In this document: piece after piece, positions 7,328 to 17,115 of the stretch
Layout of the letters: each line of letters opens with the position of its first letter
Position numbering within the stretch: position 1 is the first letter of the stretch
From: an uncultured delta proteobacterium
GTDB lineage: Bacteria; Desulfobacterota; Syntrophorhabdia; Syntrophorhabdales; WCHB1-27
Direction: 5' to 3'
Length of the DNA stretch: 64,000 nucleotides
NCBI GenBank assembly: GCA_963810935.1
Contig: CAWEPK010000008.1
Span: 32,001 to 96,000 of the forward strand
Translations under genes and position numbers: made by a program
Notes under the pieces: model-generated
What the model saw: the letters and a program-made list of their open reading frames with translations, nothing else
What the model was told of the DNA's origin: nothing
Database searches by the model: none

Positions 7328-8974
7328 ATGGTAACGCTCGACGAGAACGCGCTGCTAGTCCTTAGTAAAAGGTACCTCGTCAAGGACGAGACAGGGGAGC
7401 CGGTCGAGACGCCGGACGGCCTCTTCCGCCGTGTCGCGGAGCACGTGGCCGCTGTCGAGGACGGCTATCCGTCCGGGCGGCGCCGCGAGATGAGCGACGC
7501 TTTTTACCGGATGATGGCAGATCTCGAATTCCTGCCAAATTCCCCGACGCTCATGAACGCAGGCCGCCCCCTGGGGCAGCTTGCCGCATGCTTTGTCCTG
7601 CCCGTTGAAGACTCCCTCGACTCGATCTTCGACCAGGTAAAGCTGACCGCCAGGATCCACCAGACAGGCGGCGGCACCGGTTTTTCCTTCTCCCGCCTCA
7701 GGCCGAAGAACGACGTGGTGAGGTCCACGACGGGGGTGGCGAGCGGTCCGGTCTCCTTTATAAGGGTCTTTAATTGCGCGACCGGCGTCATGAAGCAGGG
7801 CGGGACGAGGCGGGGCGCCAACATGGGAGTGCTCAGTATCGACCATCCCGACATAGAGGAGTTCATAACGGTCAAGAAGGACCCGGCGGAGCTTACCAAC
7901 TTCAACCTGTCCGTCGCCGTGACGGACGAATTCATGCAGGCATTCGAGGCGGGCCGCGCATTCCCTCTCGTTAATCCCAGGACCGGCAAGGAATCGACGA
8001 AGGTAGACGCACGAGGACTCCTGATGTTGATTGCGGAATCCGCCTGGTCCTCCGGCGAGCCCGGAGTGATCTTTATCGATACGGTCAATAAGGCTAACCC
8101 CACGCCCCGCATAGGAGAGATTGCCGCCACCAACCCCTGCGGAGAGCAGCCGCTTCTGCCCTATGAATCATGCTGCCTTGGGTCTATCGACCTGGCTAAG
8201 ATGGAAAGAGACGGGGACGTGGATTGGGACAGGCTAAAGCGGCTGACGCACCTCGGCGTGCGGTTCCTCGACAACGTGATTGACGCGAGCGTCTATCCGG
8301 CAGAAGAGATCGCCGCCATTACGAGGTCGAACAGGAAGATCGGCTTAGGCGTCATGGGTTTTGCGCACCTGCTGATCCGTCTCGGCATACGGTACGACTC
8401 GGATGAGGCCGAAAAGCTGGGCGGCAAAATAATGGAATTCATCCAGGCGGAGTCGAAGGCAGCGTCCGGTGAGCTTGCGGGGGAGCGCGGCCCGTTCCCT
8501 AATTTTAAGGGGAGCGTGTGGGACAATAAGGGCCTCCCCCAGCGGAACGCAACCACGACCACGGTGGCCCCTACCGGCACACTGAGCATTATCGCAAATA
8601 CGTCGAGCGGCATAGAGCCGATCTACGATGTGGCGTACAGCAGGCTGATCCTCGGCGGGATAGAAGTGCACGTGGACGACCCGCTGTGGCGCAGTATCAA
8701 GGGCCGGCCCGACGCCGCGAACGCTATGGACAGGCTTTTCCGCAAGGCTTACCAGGTAGCCCCCATCGACCACCTGCGGATACAGCGGGCCTTCCAGGAG
8801 CACGTGGACAACGCTGTGTCGAAGACCATCAACCTGCCCGAGACGGCCACGCCGGACGAGGTGCTCGACATCTACGTCCAGGCCCACCGGATGGGCCTGA
8901 AAGGCACTACGATCTTCAGGAACAAAAGCCGCGATTACCAGATACTCTCCTGCGGTACGCACCAGATCTGCTGA
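7328..8974 (+). CDS. nrdJ: adenosylcobalamin-dependent (class II) ribonucleotide reductase, short form
   Basis: PNSPTLMNAG..QLAACFV, GGGTG, TNPCGEQPL, VAPTGT, AVSKTIN, LKGTT; ATG with GGAG RBS. Confidence 0.9.
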   Translation: MVTLDENALLVLSKRYLVKDETGEPVETPDGLFRRVAEHVAAVEDGYPSGRRREMSDAFYRMMADLEFLPNSPTLMNAGRPLGQLAACFVLPVEDSLDSIFDQVKLTARIHQTGGGTGFSFSRLRPKNDVVRSTTGVASGPVSFIRVFNCATGVMKQGGTRRGANMGVLSIDHPDIEEFITVKKDPAELTNFNLSVAVTDEFMQAFEAGRAFPLVNPRTGKESTKVDARGLLMLIAESAWSSGEPGVIFIDTVNKANPTPRIGEIAATNPCGEQPLLPYESCCLGSIDLAKMERDGDVDWDRLKRLTHLGVRFLDNVIDASVYPAEEIAAITRSNRKIGLGVMGFAHLLIRLGIRYDSDEAEKLGGKIMEFIQAESKAASGELAGERGPFPNFKGSVWDNKGLPQRNATTTTVAPTGTLSIIANTSSGIEPIYDVAYSRLILGGIEVHVDDPLWRSIKGRPDAANAMDRLFRKAYQVAPIDHLRIQRAFQEHVDNAVSKTINLPETATPDEVLDIYVQAHRMGLKGTTIFRNKSRDYQILSCGTHQIC

Positions 8975-9132
8975 CGAAAGAACCTGCGTAATAATTATAA
9001 GAGATGCCGTCGCGCCGGAGGTGCCTCCGCCTCCGCTTCCCGCTGATCTTGTCTGCCTGAAGCAGGGTACATACATTAGGCGTAACAAAAAAGGGCGGCG
9101 ATGAGCGCCGCTTTTCGTGAAGGAGGCAATCA

Positions 9133-10347
9133 ATGAAGGCAATGGTTTTTGAAGGGATAGGAGACATACAGGTCGAAAACGTGCCGGACCCGAAGATCGA
9201 GCAGCCGACGGACGCCATCGTGCGCCTCACGGCTTCCGCCATCTGCGGGACCGACCTGCACATGGTAAGAGGGACGCTGGGCCACATGAAACCGGGGACT
9301 ATCCTGGGGCACGAGGGCGTGGGCATCGTTGAAGACTTCGGGCCGGGGGTCAGAAACATGAAGAAGGGCGACAGGGTTATAATACCATCCACTATCGCCT
9401 GTGGCTATTGCTCGTACTGCCGGGACAGCTATTACTCGCAATGCGACAACGCCAACCCGAACGGCAGGCTCGCCGGCACCGCCTTCTTCGGGGGGCCGCA
9501 GGAATCGGGGCCGTTCAACGGCTTGCAGGCGGAGTTTGCCAGAGTCCCTTACGCGAACGTCGGGCTCGTAAAGATGCACAACGGCATCGAGGACAGGCAG
9601 GCGATCATGCTCTCCGACATATTCCCTACGGGGTATTTCGGCGCTGACATCGCACAGATCGAGCCGGGCGATACAGTGGCCGTCTTCGGGTGCGGGCCCA
9701 TCGGCCAGTTCGCCATAGCGAGCGCGCTGCTCATGGACGCCGGCCGGATATTCGCGATAGACCATGTACCCTGCCGCCTGCAGATGGCCCTGAACCAGGG
9801 CGCGGAGATCATCAATTTCGAGGAAGAAGACCCTGTGCAGGTGATACGCGATCTGACGGGAGGCATCGGCGTGGACAGGGCCATAGACGCGGTCGGCGTC
9901 GACGCGCAGCGACCCCATCAGGGCCCGGCGGCGTCGAAGGCCCAGGCGGACGAGGCCGAGTTCACGCGGGAATTGAGCGAGATCGCGCCGGAGACGCACC
10001 CCCAGGGCCGGACGTGGGTGCCGGGCGACGCTCCTTCGCTCGCGCTTACGTGGGCGGTAGAGGCGCTCGCAAAAGCGGGCACTCTCTCGGTCATCGGGGT
10101 CTATCCGCAGCCGCTGCGCGCATTCCCGATGGGTGAGGCGATGAACAAGAACCTTACGGTGAACATGGGGAACTGCAACCATCGTAAGTATATCCCCAAG
10201 CTCCTGGAGCTGGTGCAGAACAACACCATAGACCCCTCGAAGATGCTCACCAACGTAGAGCCCCTGACGTCCGCCTCCGACGCGTACAAGTCCTTCGACG
10301 AGCGGCAGCAGGGATGGATCAAGGTGGAGCTGGTGCCTGGGAGGTAA
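9133..10347 (+). CDS. Zn-dependent alcohol dehydrogenase (glutathione-independent formaldehyde dehydrogenase-like)
   Basis: ICGTDLH, GHEG.G, CGYCSYC..C, SDIFPTG, GCGPIG. Confidence 0.9.
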   Translation: MKAMVFEGIGDIQVENVPDPKIEQPTDAIVRLTASAICGTDLHMVRGTLGHMKPGTILGHEGVGIVEDFGPGVRNMKKGDRVIIPSTIACGYCSYCRDSYYSQCDNANPNGRLAGTAFFGGPQESGPFNGLQAEFARVPYANVGLVKMHNGIEDRQAIMLSDIFPTGYFGADIAQIEPGDTVAVFGCGPIGQFAIASALLMDAGRIFAIDHVPCRLQMALNQGAEIINFEEEDPVQVIRDLTGGIGVDRAIDAVGVDAQRPHQGPAASKAQADEAEFTRELSEIAPETHPQGRTWVPGDAPSLALTWAVEALAKAGTLSVIGVYPQPLRAFPMGEAMNKNLTVNMGNCNHRKYIPKLLELVQNNTIDPSKMLTNVEPLTSASDAYKSFDERQQGWIKVELVPGR

Positions 10348-10353
10348 CGGACG

Positions 10354-10986
10354 TTATTTTACCGCCCTGACGATGTAGCCGAGGGGGAAGGCGGCGCTGG
10401 CCGGACCGAGCCTCGCAAAAAGCGGGTTCAACAGGTTGAGTGCGACCCGCGACGGCCTGTAGTCGTTATTGGCGATATGCCATGCCGCCTGAAATCCGTT
10501 TCCATGAGGTTCCACGCGAACCTCCGAAAAGGCCGAGCAGAGGGCATTCAGGGAATCGGGCGTGTACCTGTAGTAATCGAACGGGTCGGGATGGTAACGG
10601 TAAATGAAACGGGTAGAGGCGATAAAGACGCCTCCAGGTTTGAGGACCCTGTGGATCTCGGCGATTGCTTTTTGCGGCTCGCGCAGATGTTCGAGGACTT
10701 CGAGGGCCAGCACTGTATCGAATGAGCCATTTGCGGCCGCAATATCGTGGAGGTCGCAGCAGATATCGGGCCTTGCCTCGCCGCAGATATCGAGCGTAAC
10801 GTAGCGGGTGCTTTTTATGAGGCGCCTGTAGGGCGCGTACTTTGCGCCCACGTCGAGAATCCACCCGCCGTCAATCGAGGCGAGCACAGGCGCGAGCCTC
10901 CGCATCAGGCTCGTCCTGACTACGGACGGTATCCGGAGCGTCGGGCAGGCGTCAAAAAGGCTTTTAATCCATTTTTGTCTGGTCAT
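10354..10986 (-). CDS. class I SAM-dependent methyltransferase
   Basis: ILDVGA, FD.V...EVLEH, EIHRVLKPGG. Confidence 0.85.
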   Translation of the reverse strand: MTRQKWIKSLFDACPTLRIPSVVRTSLMRRLAPVLASIDGGWILDVGAKYAPYRRLIKSTRYVTLDICGEARPDICCDLHDIAAANGSFDTVLALEVLEHLREPQKAIAEIHRVLKPGGVFIASTRFIYRYHPDPFDYYRYTPDSLNALCSAFSEVRVEPHGNGFQAAWHIANNDYRPSRVALNLLNPLFARLGPASAAFPLGYIVRAVK

Positions 10987-12236
10987 GGCGTACCGGCCGA
11001 AAGCACCCGGTCCATCGTCTCCTTAAGCGTCCGGGACAGGTTGGCGTAGTCGAATTTCTCTATCTCCGCAATCTCCGGGGCATACGGGAGCGTGCCGCTC
11101 TCCTGCCATGGGCATATGCTGCGGCCAATGCGCCTTCCACCTCCGCCTATGCGGCAGGCCGGTATCGTCACACCCGTCCTTGTCTTTTTTATGATGTCGT
11201 CCACGTCGCCGTTTTCTTCGGCGATTGCCAGGACGGGTTTCGCCATGGCGAGATAATAATAGAGCTTATGAGGGACAATTGCCTTGCTGTACGGGGTCTC
11301 GAACATCAGAAGGAGCAGCATGTCGCACCTGCCGACGATCTCGAACGCATCGGCGTGGGGCAGGTTGCCGTGGACGATGACCCGGTCCGCCATCCCCTCA
11401 CTCTGGATGAAATTCCTTGCCTGGAGCGATACCGGGCCGCATATGTGGAGCTTGATCCGGGGATGCGGGGGCGCGCCGGCCAGCCGCTTCAGCGCAAGGA
11501 TAAACTCCTTCCACGGGAAGCCCCTCTTGTCGAAGTATCCCATGTAACCGACGGTGAATTCATCCGTCCTGGCGGTCATAGGCACGGCCCTTTCCCTGCC
11601 GTCGTAGCCGTTTGGTATCACCGTTATCTTGCTTGCGTCGATGCCGAAAGACTCCCGGTAGACGCGCTCATTGCCCATGGTGTTCGCGATGATGTGGTCG
11701 CACCTGTCGTAGACGAGGCGCTCCATCCTTTTGACTATGAGGTCGTGCAGCGGGGTAGGGGGCCGGTAGACGACCTTCTTCGTCGTCCAGAGGTCCTGGA
11801 AATCGGCGATCCAGCGGACGCCCGTCAGCCTGGCGAGAAGCATGCCTGTTATATGTATGCTTTCCGGGGGCGACGTGGTCAGGACGAGGTCGATAGCCTC
11901 TTTTCGTATCATGCGGCAGCCCTTTATGAGGGCGCTCGGCAGCCACGTCACGTAGAGGTCGGGGATGAAGAAGAGGCTTTCGAAATATACGGTCATGGCC
12001 CACGAGTGGAAGAGCTTTGAGAACACGCGGAAGGGGGACTTGCGCATGCAGAGCGTACGCTCAACGCGCAGGCCGTTGGACTTTGGGCCGGACAGGGGCA
12101 ATTCGCGCTGCCGGCCTGTCCTGACAGTCAGGATCACAGGCTCGTAGCCGAGCGCGGGCAGGCGGTGGGCGAATTTGTCCAGACGAAGCCCGCCGCCACC
12201 GGGAAAGTCGTGGGTTACGATCAGGACCTTTCTCAT
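10983..12236 (-). CDS. glycosyltransferase family 4
   Basis: TTSPP..H, WIADFQDLW, VIPNGYD, VPHKLYYYLA..KPVLA. Confidence 0.85.
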   Translation of the reverse strand: MRKVLIVTHDFPGGGGLRLDKFAHRLPALGYEPVILTVRTGRQRELPLSGPKSNGLRVERTLCMRKSPFRVFSKLFHSWAMTVYFESLFFIPDLYVTWLPSALIKGCRMIRKEAIDLVLTTSPPESIHITGMLLARLTGVRWIADFQDLWTTKKVVYRPPTPLHDLIVKRMERLVYDRCDHIIANTMGNERVYRESFGIDASKITVIPNGYDGRERAVPMTARTDEFTVGYMGYFDKRGFPWKEFILALKRLAGAPPHPRIKLHICGPVSLQARNFIQSEGMADRVIVHGNLPHADAFEIVGRCDMLLLLMFETPYSKAIVPHKLYYYLAMAKPVLAIAEENGDVDDIIKKTRTGVTIPACRIGGGGRRIGRSICPWQESGTLPYAPEIAEIEKFDYANLSRTLKETMDRVLSAGTP

Positions 12237-12300
12237 TGGTCTTGCAATGAGATTAATATTGGTACGTTCTAGTGATTGTCAACTTGCGGGGTAGGGGCGG

Positions 12301-12420
12301 CCGGGATCTTTTCGCGGCAAATGCGGGCGACCCGTCGGCGCAGCGTCCTCACGTACCAAATGTGTACGCTCCGGGCGCGCGCTCTCCGGTTCTACGCATT
12401 ACCCACGAAAATCTCTCCGG
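12301..12420. repeat. second nested palindromic element (ACGTACC..GTACG core)
   Basis: Outer TTTTCG/CGAAAA and AATGCG/CGCATT stems; core CGTCCTCACGTACCAAATGTGTACGCTCCGGGCG resembles 2207-2241. Confidence 0.55.
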
Positions 12421-12456
12421 CCTCAGGCTGTTAAAAAAAACAATGGCCGCCGCTAA

Positions 12457-13621
12457 TCAAATGTCCGGGTTCATCTTAAAGACGGCAAAGTCCCTCTGTC
12501 CGAGCTTTTCTGCCTTAGTCAGCTTGCCCGATGCTACGGCGATGATCTCGTCGAAGATGCGTTTCCCTGCGTGGGCCGGCGTCTCCTTTCCCTGGAGGAG
12601 CCTGTCCATGTCCATGTCCATATTATCGCGCATGGCAAGGAAGGTCTGGTGGTTAGCCGTTATCTTGATGACCGGCGAAATCGGCGATCCGCAGGGTGTG
12701 CCCCTGCCTGTCGTGAACGCGACTATCTGGGCGCCGCCTGCGACCATCCCGGTAAGCTGCTCGATGTCATGGGCCGGGGTGTCCATATAGATGAGGCCCT
12801 TCTTTGACGGCCGCGAGGCGTAGGCGACCAGCTCTTCGAGCCGGGCGGTCCCTGCCTTGTAGATGCAGCCGAGCGATTTTTCTTCCAGGGTCGTGATGCC
12901 GCCCGCGATGTTGCCGGGCGCGGGGTTGCTCTGCCTGATGTTCTGGCCCGACGCAAGAGTTCTCCGTTCCCACCACGCGACCGCTTCGACGATCTGCCTC
13001 GCCACCTTCTTTGTCCGCGCCCTGGCCGCCAGAATGTGCTCCGCGCCGATGATCTCCGGCGTCTCGGAAAGGATCACCGAGCCGCCTTCCGCAATCAGCA
13101 TGTCGCTCGCGAAGCCGAGGGCGGGGTTCGACGCCAGGCCGGAGTCTGTAATCGGACCCTCCGCATTCCGTCCCGAGGAGCAGCTCGCCCGCAGGTATCG
13201 GCCGCCGTTTAAGGGCGGCTGCCTTGCGAAGCATGCCGGCAACGATCTTCCTGCCCTGCGCCGTTGTCTTGCGCGTGCCGCCCGCCTCCTGGATGACGAG
13301 CGTCTCGACCGGTTTGCCGGCCTTTGCGATATCGCCGCCAAGCTCCTGGGCGGACAATTCTTCGCAGCCGTTCCCGACGACGAGGACGGAAAAGACGTTG
13401 GGGTTCATGCCGAAGCCCGAAAGCGTCCGTCGGACGATAGCCCGATCCTCGCCCATCTGGCCGCACCCGAAGATATTGGGCAGGCAGACGACGCCCTTGA
13501 ATCCCCTGGCAATCGACTGGGCGCATACCTGCGAGCAGCCGACGCTCGGGATAACGAGCACGTGGTTCCGCGTCCCCGCACGGCCGTCGCTTCGTTTATA
13601 ACCCTGGAAGGTCGTCGTCAT
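12457..13621 (-). CDS. UxaA/GarD/SuyB-family dehydratase or lyase large subunit, frameshifted near 13150
   Basis: GY.R.DGR.GTRN, GCGQ, ECGGSD in one frame, then SGLASNP, PGNIAGG.TTLEEKSLG, FTTGRGTP.G in another. Confidence 0.8.
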
Positions 13622-13908
13622 CGCGCGCCTCCTTTCGGCCCGCTGACGAGGTTGTGGACATGGACGTGCTCGCCCCGCGCAACCTTCGATACGGCCCGCC
13701 CGATGGTCTCGCCGTATTTTATGACCGCCTCGCCCTTCTTGATCGGCCTCAGTGCGAGCTTATGGCCCTTCGGCACGTCCGACACAAGCTGGATATCTTC
13801 AACGCCCCCTTTCAGCTCTACGGAGACGGTCGCCCCTTTTTCGAGGCCGTCGAGGGCGGTCGCCACATTGTCTTTCACGTTGATAACTATTACCTTCGCC
13901 TGTCTCAA
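13618..13908 (-). CDS. SAF-domain small subunit of UxaA/SuyA family
   Basis: DNVATAL, P.GHKLAL, IKYGE.IG, GEHVHVHN. Confidence 0.85.
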   Translation of the reverse strand: MRQAKVIVINVKDNVATALDGLEKGATVSVELKGGVEDIQLVSDVPKGHKLALRPIKKGEAVIKYGETIGRAVSKVARGEHVHVHNLVSGPKGGAR

Positions 13909-13927
13909 TTCTTCCTCCTTTCAGTAA

Positions 13928-15229
13928 CTACTGCCAGTCGACGATGGGGATGACGAGGCCGCCTGATGGCAGTACTGCGACTTCCGCCTTCGGGTAGGAG
14001 GCCGCGAGCCGCTGCAAGCCTTCGGCAAGCGTGGGTGCATGCTCGAGGCCCATAGCTGCCGCCTCCTCGGGTGATATCATGGTCGAGACTAGGACCGTGC
14101 GGACCTTTTCACGGAGGAAGAAACACGACATTGCCATGTTGAATTCAACGGCCTTATCCGTAAGAAAGGGGCGTCCGGCGGACATTGTCTCCCTTATGTA
14201 TCCGGCCGGGTCCGCGCCCGCGCATTTCTCCGCCACGCTTCTGAATGCCGAAGTGAAGAAATCGGGCACCGGGTGCACGAGTGGCGCGACCAACAGGATG
14301 GCGCCCGTCTGCCTGGTGATCAAGTCCGGCGCGCTTAAGCCCTTTGCAAACTGGTGGCCGTGCGTGTGGGGGTAAGTAGACGCGATCGTGATATCGACCT
14401 TGCCGGGAAAGGGGTGGCCGAGCTTCTCCGCGCAGACTGCGCACGCCGCCTCGAAGGCGCCGTCCAGGCTGCCGCCGATTATGCCGATGATTTCCCCCTC
14501 CTGGTTATAGACGCAGTTGATGGAAAAATCGAGGCCGATGGCATGGGCGACCTTCATGCAATCTTCATGGAAGGGGTTGCCCTTCGTCCTCCCTGCTCTT
14601 GCCCCCGGGTCCACCGTGTTCTTCATGTGGTGGGCCATGATGAAGTCGAAGTTGCAGACGCCCGGCATGAGGATCTTGGGCCCTCCGCCGAAACCGGCCA
14701 TGGGGTGGGGCAGTATGGAACTGAGGCTGATCTTGAAATCTGCCCCTGCTACTACCGGGTTTATCTTTAGCTGTCTGGCGTCGCCCGGTATGGCGATGGG
14801 GACGAGGTCCGCCTGGCTTGCGTTGTGCTGGACTATGCGGTAAGAGGAGACGGTCTCTTTCCCGACTCTGTGCTCCAGCTCTTTCGGGTCGAGGGGCACG
14901 TGGGTGCCGAGGGCGACAACTATCGTGACGCTATCCCTCGGTATTCCTGCGTCGAGAAGGGCCGGCAGCAGGACGCTGAGTATGCCGGCCACCGGGGTAG
15001 GGCGCGTGCCGTCGTCGATGATGACGGCGAATTTCTTCGACCCGGCGCAGGCCTCCCGCAACGGCTTCGAGCCGACAGGCTTTGTCAGCGCGGCCAGCGC
15101 CATCTCATTGACCGGCGCGGCCTCAGCGGGCGGGCTTTCGACGAAGTGGGTCACCTCCCATCCGGGCGGGAGTGTGAAATACTCTTTTTTGCCGGGACCG
15201 GTGCACAGATAGAAACGCTGCTCCATCAT
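13928..15229 (-). CDS. LarA (nickel-pincer lactate racemase) superfamily protein
   Basis: DD.TRPTP, ALGTH, PH..AGFGGG.K..PG, GNPFHED. Confidence 0.85.
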   Translation of the reverse strand: MMEQRFYLCTGPGKKEYFTLPPGWEVTHFVESPPAEAAPVNEMALAALTKPVGSKPLREACAGSKKFAVIIDDGTRPTPVAGILSVLLPALLDAGIPRDSVTIVVALGTHVPLDPKELEHRVGKETVSSYRIVQHNASQADLVPIAIPGDARQLKINPVVAGADFKISLSSILPHPMAGFGGGPKILMPGVCNFDFIMAHHMKNTVDPGARAGRTKGNPFHEDCMKVAHAIGLDFSINCVYNQEGEIIGIIGGSLDGAFEAACAVCAEKLGHPFPGKVDITIASTYPHTHGHQFAKGLSAPDLITRQTGAILLVAPLVHPVPDFFTSAFRSVAEKCAGADPAGYIRETMSAGRPFLTDKAVEFNMAMSCFFLREKVRTVLVSTMISPEEAAAMGLEHAPTLAEGLQRLAASYPKAEVAVLPSGGLVIPIVDWQ

Positions 15230-15351
15230 ACCCTCCCATCGAAGAGTCCTGTTTGCGGGCCTTTGCGAAGACCCGGCCGGCACGCGTGAGCGCCTGGTAC
15301 ACTATAACATGCGTGCGACTATTTTTGTCTGGAATAGTTGCAAAAAAAAGC

Positions 15352-15376
15352 AAAGGCCCTCTGGACGAGGGCCTTT
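15352..15376 (-). terminator. intrinsic terminator downstream of csp
   Basis: AAAGGCCCTC/GAGGGCCTTT stem followed by a T-run on the minus strand. Confidence 0.7.
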
Positions 15377-15387
15377 ATCCGGCAGGC

Positions 15388-15588
15388 TTAGACAGGCACT
15401 ACGTTTGTGGCGCGCAAACCCTTCGGCGTCTTTTCGATATCGAACTCAACCGCCTGACCCTCGGTCAGGGATTTGAACCCGCTGCCGCTGATCGACGTGT
15501 GATGAACAAAAACATCTTCGCCGTCTTCCCGGGCAATAAATCCGAAGCCCTTCGAGTCGTTAAACCATTTTACGGTTCCCCTAGGCAT
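15388..15588 (-). CDS. cspA: cold-shock protein
   Basis: GTVKWFN..KGFGFI, DVFVH, GFKSL.EGQ.V.F. Confidence 0.95.
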   Translation of the reverse strand: MPRGTVKWFNDSKGFGFIAREDGEDVFVHHTSISGSGFKSLTEGQAVEFDIEKTPKGLRATNVVPV

Positions 15589-15698
15589 CCCCGAACACCT
15601 CCTTTCATAGATTGAAAGGTTACGAAACGCAATAAAAAAAACCGCAAAGGACGTTCGTCTTTGCGGCCTTCATTACGGCAAAAACGTAAACCTGGGTT

Positions 15699-15727
15699 AG
15701 TATGTCACGCGTATTAGGTGTTGTCAA
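15699..15727 (-). promoter_or_regulatory. sigma70 promoter of csp
   Basis: TTGACA, 17 nt, CATACT. Confidence 0.7.
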
Positions 15728-15847
15728 GAAAATTTGTATGGCTTTTTCACAAGGCCGGATTTTCGCTGCTTCCATTTTTCTGATAGAATATTGCGGTCGC
15801 AAATATGTGTTTCGGTAAATACGGTCCAAGGAGAGAACGGGCACGCT

Positions 15848-17020
15848 ATGATAACCTATGAAGACCGGGGAGTTTCGGCAGGCAAGGCAGACGTGAAGGC
15901 GGCAATAAAGGCGGTCGATCCGGGCCTTTTCCCAGGGGCTTTTTGCAAGGCCGTGCCCGACGTTCTGGGAGGCTCTCCCGACCATTGTCTTCTGCTTCAC
16001 GCGGATGGGGCGGGCACGAAGGCGGCGGTCGCCTATATGCATTACCGCCGCCACAAGGACGCCTCCATATTTTATGGTATTGCCCAGGACTCGCTGGTGA
16101 TGAACCTGGACGACCTGGCCTGCGTGGGGGCAAGCGGTCCCTTCGCACTCTCCAATACGATAGGGCGGAATGCAAAGCTGGTCCCCGGCGAGGTGATCGA
16201 GGCGATTGTGACCGGCTACGAGATGCTCGCGCAGAAGCTGAAAGGCTATGGGATAGATATCCACGGCTGCGGCGGCGAGACGGCGGACGTGGGCGACCTG
16301 GTCAGGACCATCATAGTCGATTCGACAATGGCCGTGCGCATGGCGCGGGCAGACTTCGTCGATTGCAGCCGGGTCGCGTGCGGCCACGATATCGTGGGGC
16401 TCGCGTCGAGCGGCCGGGCCGTATATGAAGAGACGTACAACTCAGGAGTAGGCAGCAACGGCTTCACCGCCATGCGCCACGAGGTCCTCGCCGGAAAGTA
16501 CCGTGAGGAATTCCCCGAGACGTACGCGCCGGAGATCGCAGGCATTGCCTACACGGGCAAATGGGACATTGACGACGCCCTGCCGGGGACGCCGATGACT
16601 GTCTGCGAGGCACTCCTTTCCCCGACGCGCACGTACGCGCCGGTCCTCCGGGAGATAATCGGCCGTTACAGGAATGCGATCTCGGCCGTCTTCCACAACA
16701 CGGGCGGGGGGCAGACGAAATGCCTGTCTTTCGGGGAAAACATCAAATACGTGAAAGACAATCTCTTCCCGGTGCCGCCGGTTTTCGCGTTTGTCAGGGA
16801 GCAGACGGGTTTGTCCGAGAGAGAAATGTACAGGGTATTCAACATGGGGCACCGCATCGAGATAGTATGCGAGCCGGTCGTTAGTGCTGCAATCATTGAT
16901 ATATCCGGAAAATTCGGCATCGAGGCGCGCGTGGTCGGACGCACGGAGGTCGGCGACGGCGGAGTCTCGCTCGACGTCATCGCCCCCGGAGGGACCATAA
17001 GCTATCGAAAAAATGGGTGA
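15848..17020 (+). CDS. purM: phosphoribosylformylglycinamidine cyclo-ligase (AIR synthase), long type
   Basis: RGVSA.K, HADGAGTK, MNLDDL, GGETADV, GSNG, LLSPTRTY, VFNMG. Confidence 0.85.
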   Translation: MITYEDRGVSAGKADVKAAIKAVDPGLFPGAFCKAVPDVLGGSPDHCLLLHADGAGTKAAVAYMHYRRHKDASIFYGIAQDSLVMNLDDLACVGASGPFALSNTIGRNAKLVPGEVIEAIVTGYEMLAQKLKGYGIDIHGCGGETADVGDLVRTIIVDSTMAVRMARADFVDCSRVACGHDIVGLASSGRAVYEETYNSGVGSNGFTAMRHEVLAGKYREEFPETYAPEIAGIAYTGKWDIDDALPGTPMTVCEALLSPTRTYAPVLREIIGRYRNAISAVFHNTGGGQTKCLSFGENIKYVKDNLFPVPPVFAFVREQTGLSEREMYRVFNMGHRIEIVCEPVVSAAIIDISGKFGIEARVVGRTEVGDGGVSLDVIAPGGTISYRKNG

Positions 17021-17115
17021 TATGCAAAGTTTTTTGGTGACACGGACAAACATATCTTATAGAATGTTTCTCAACGAGTCGTTGGAGACTCTTGAAGGTA
17101 TGGAGGTAGAAGATT

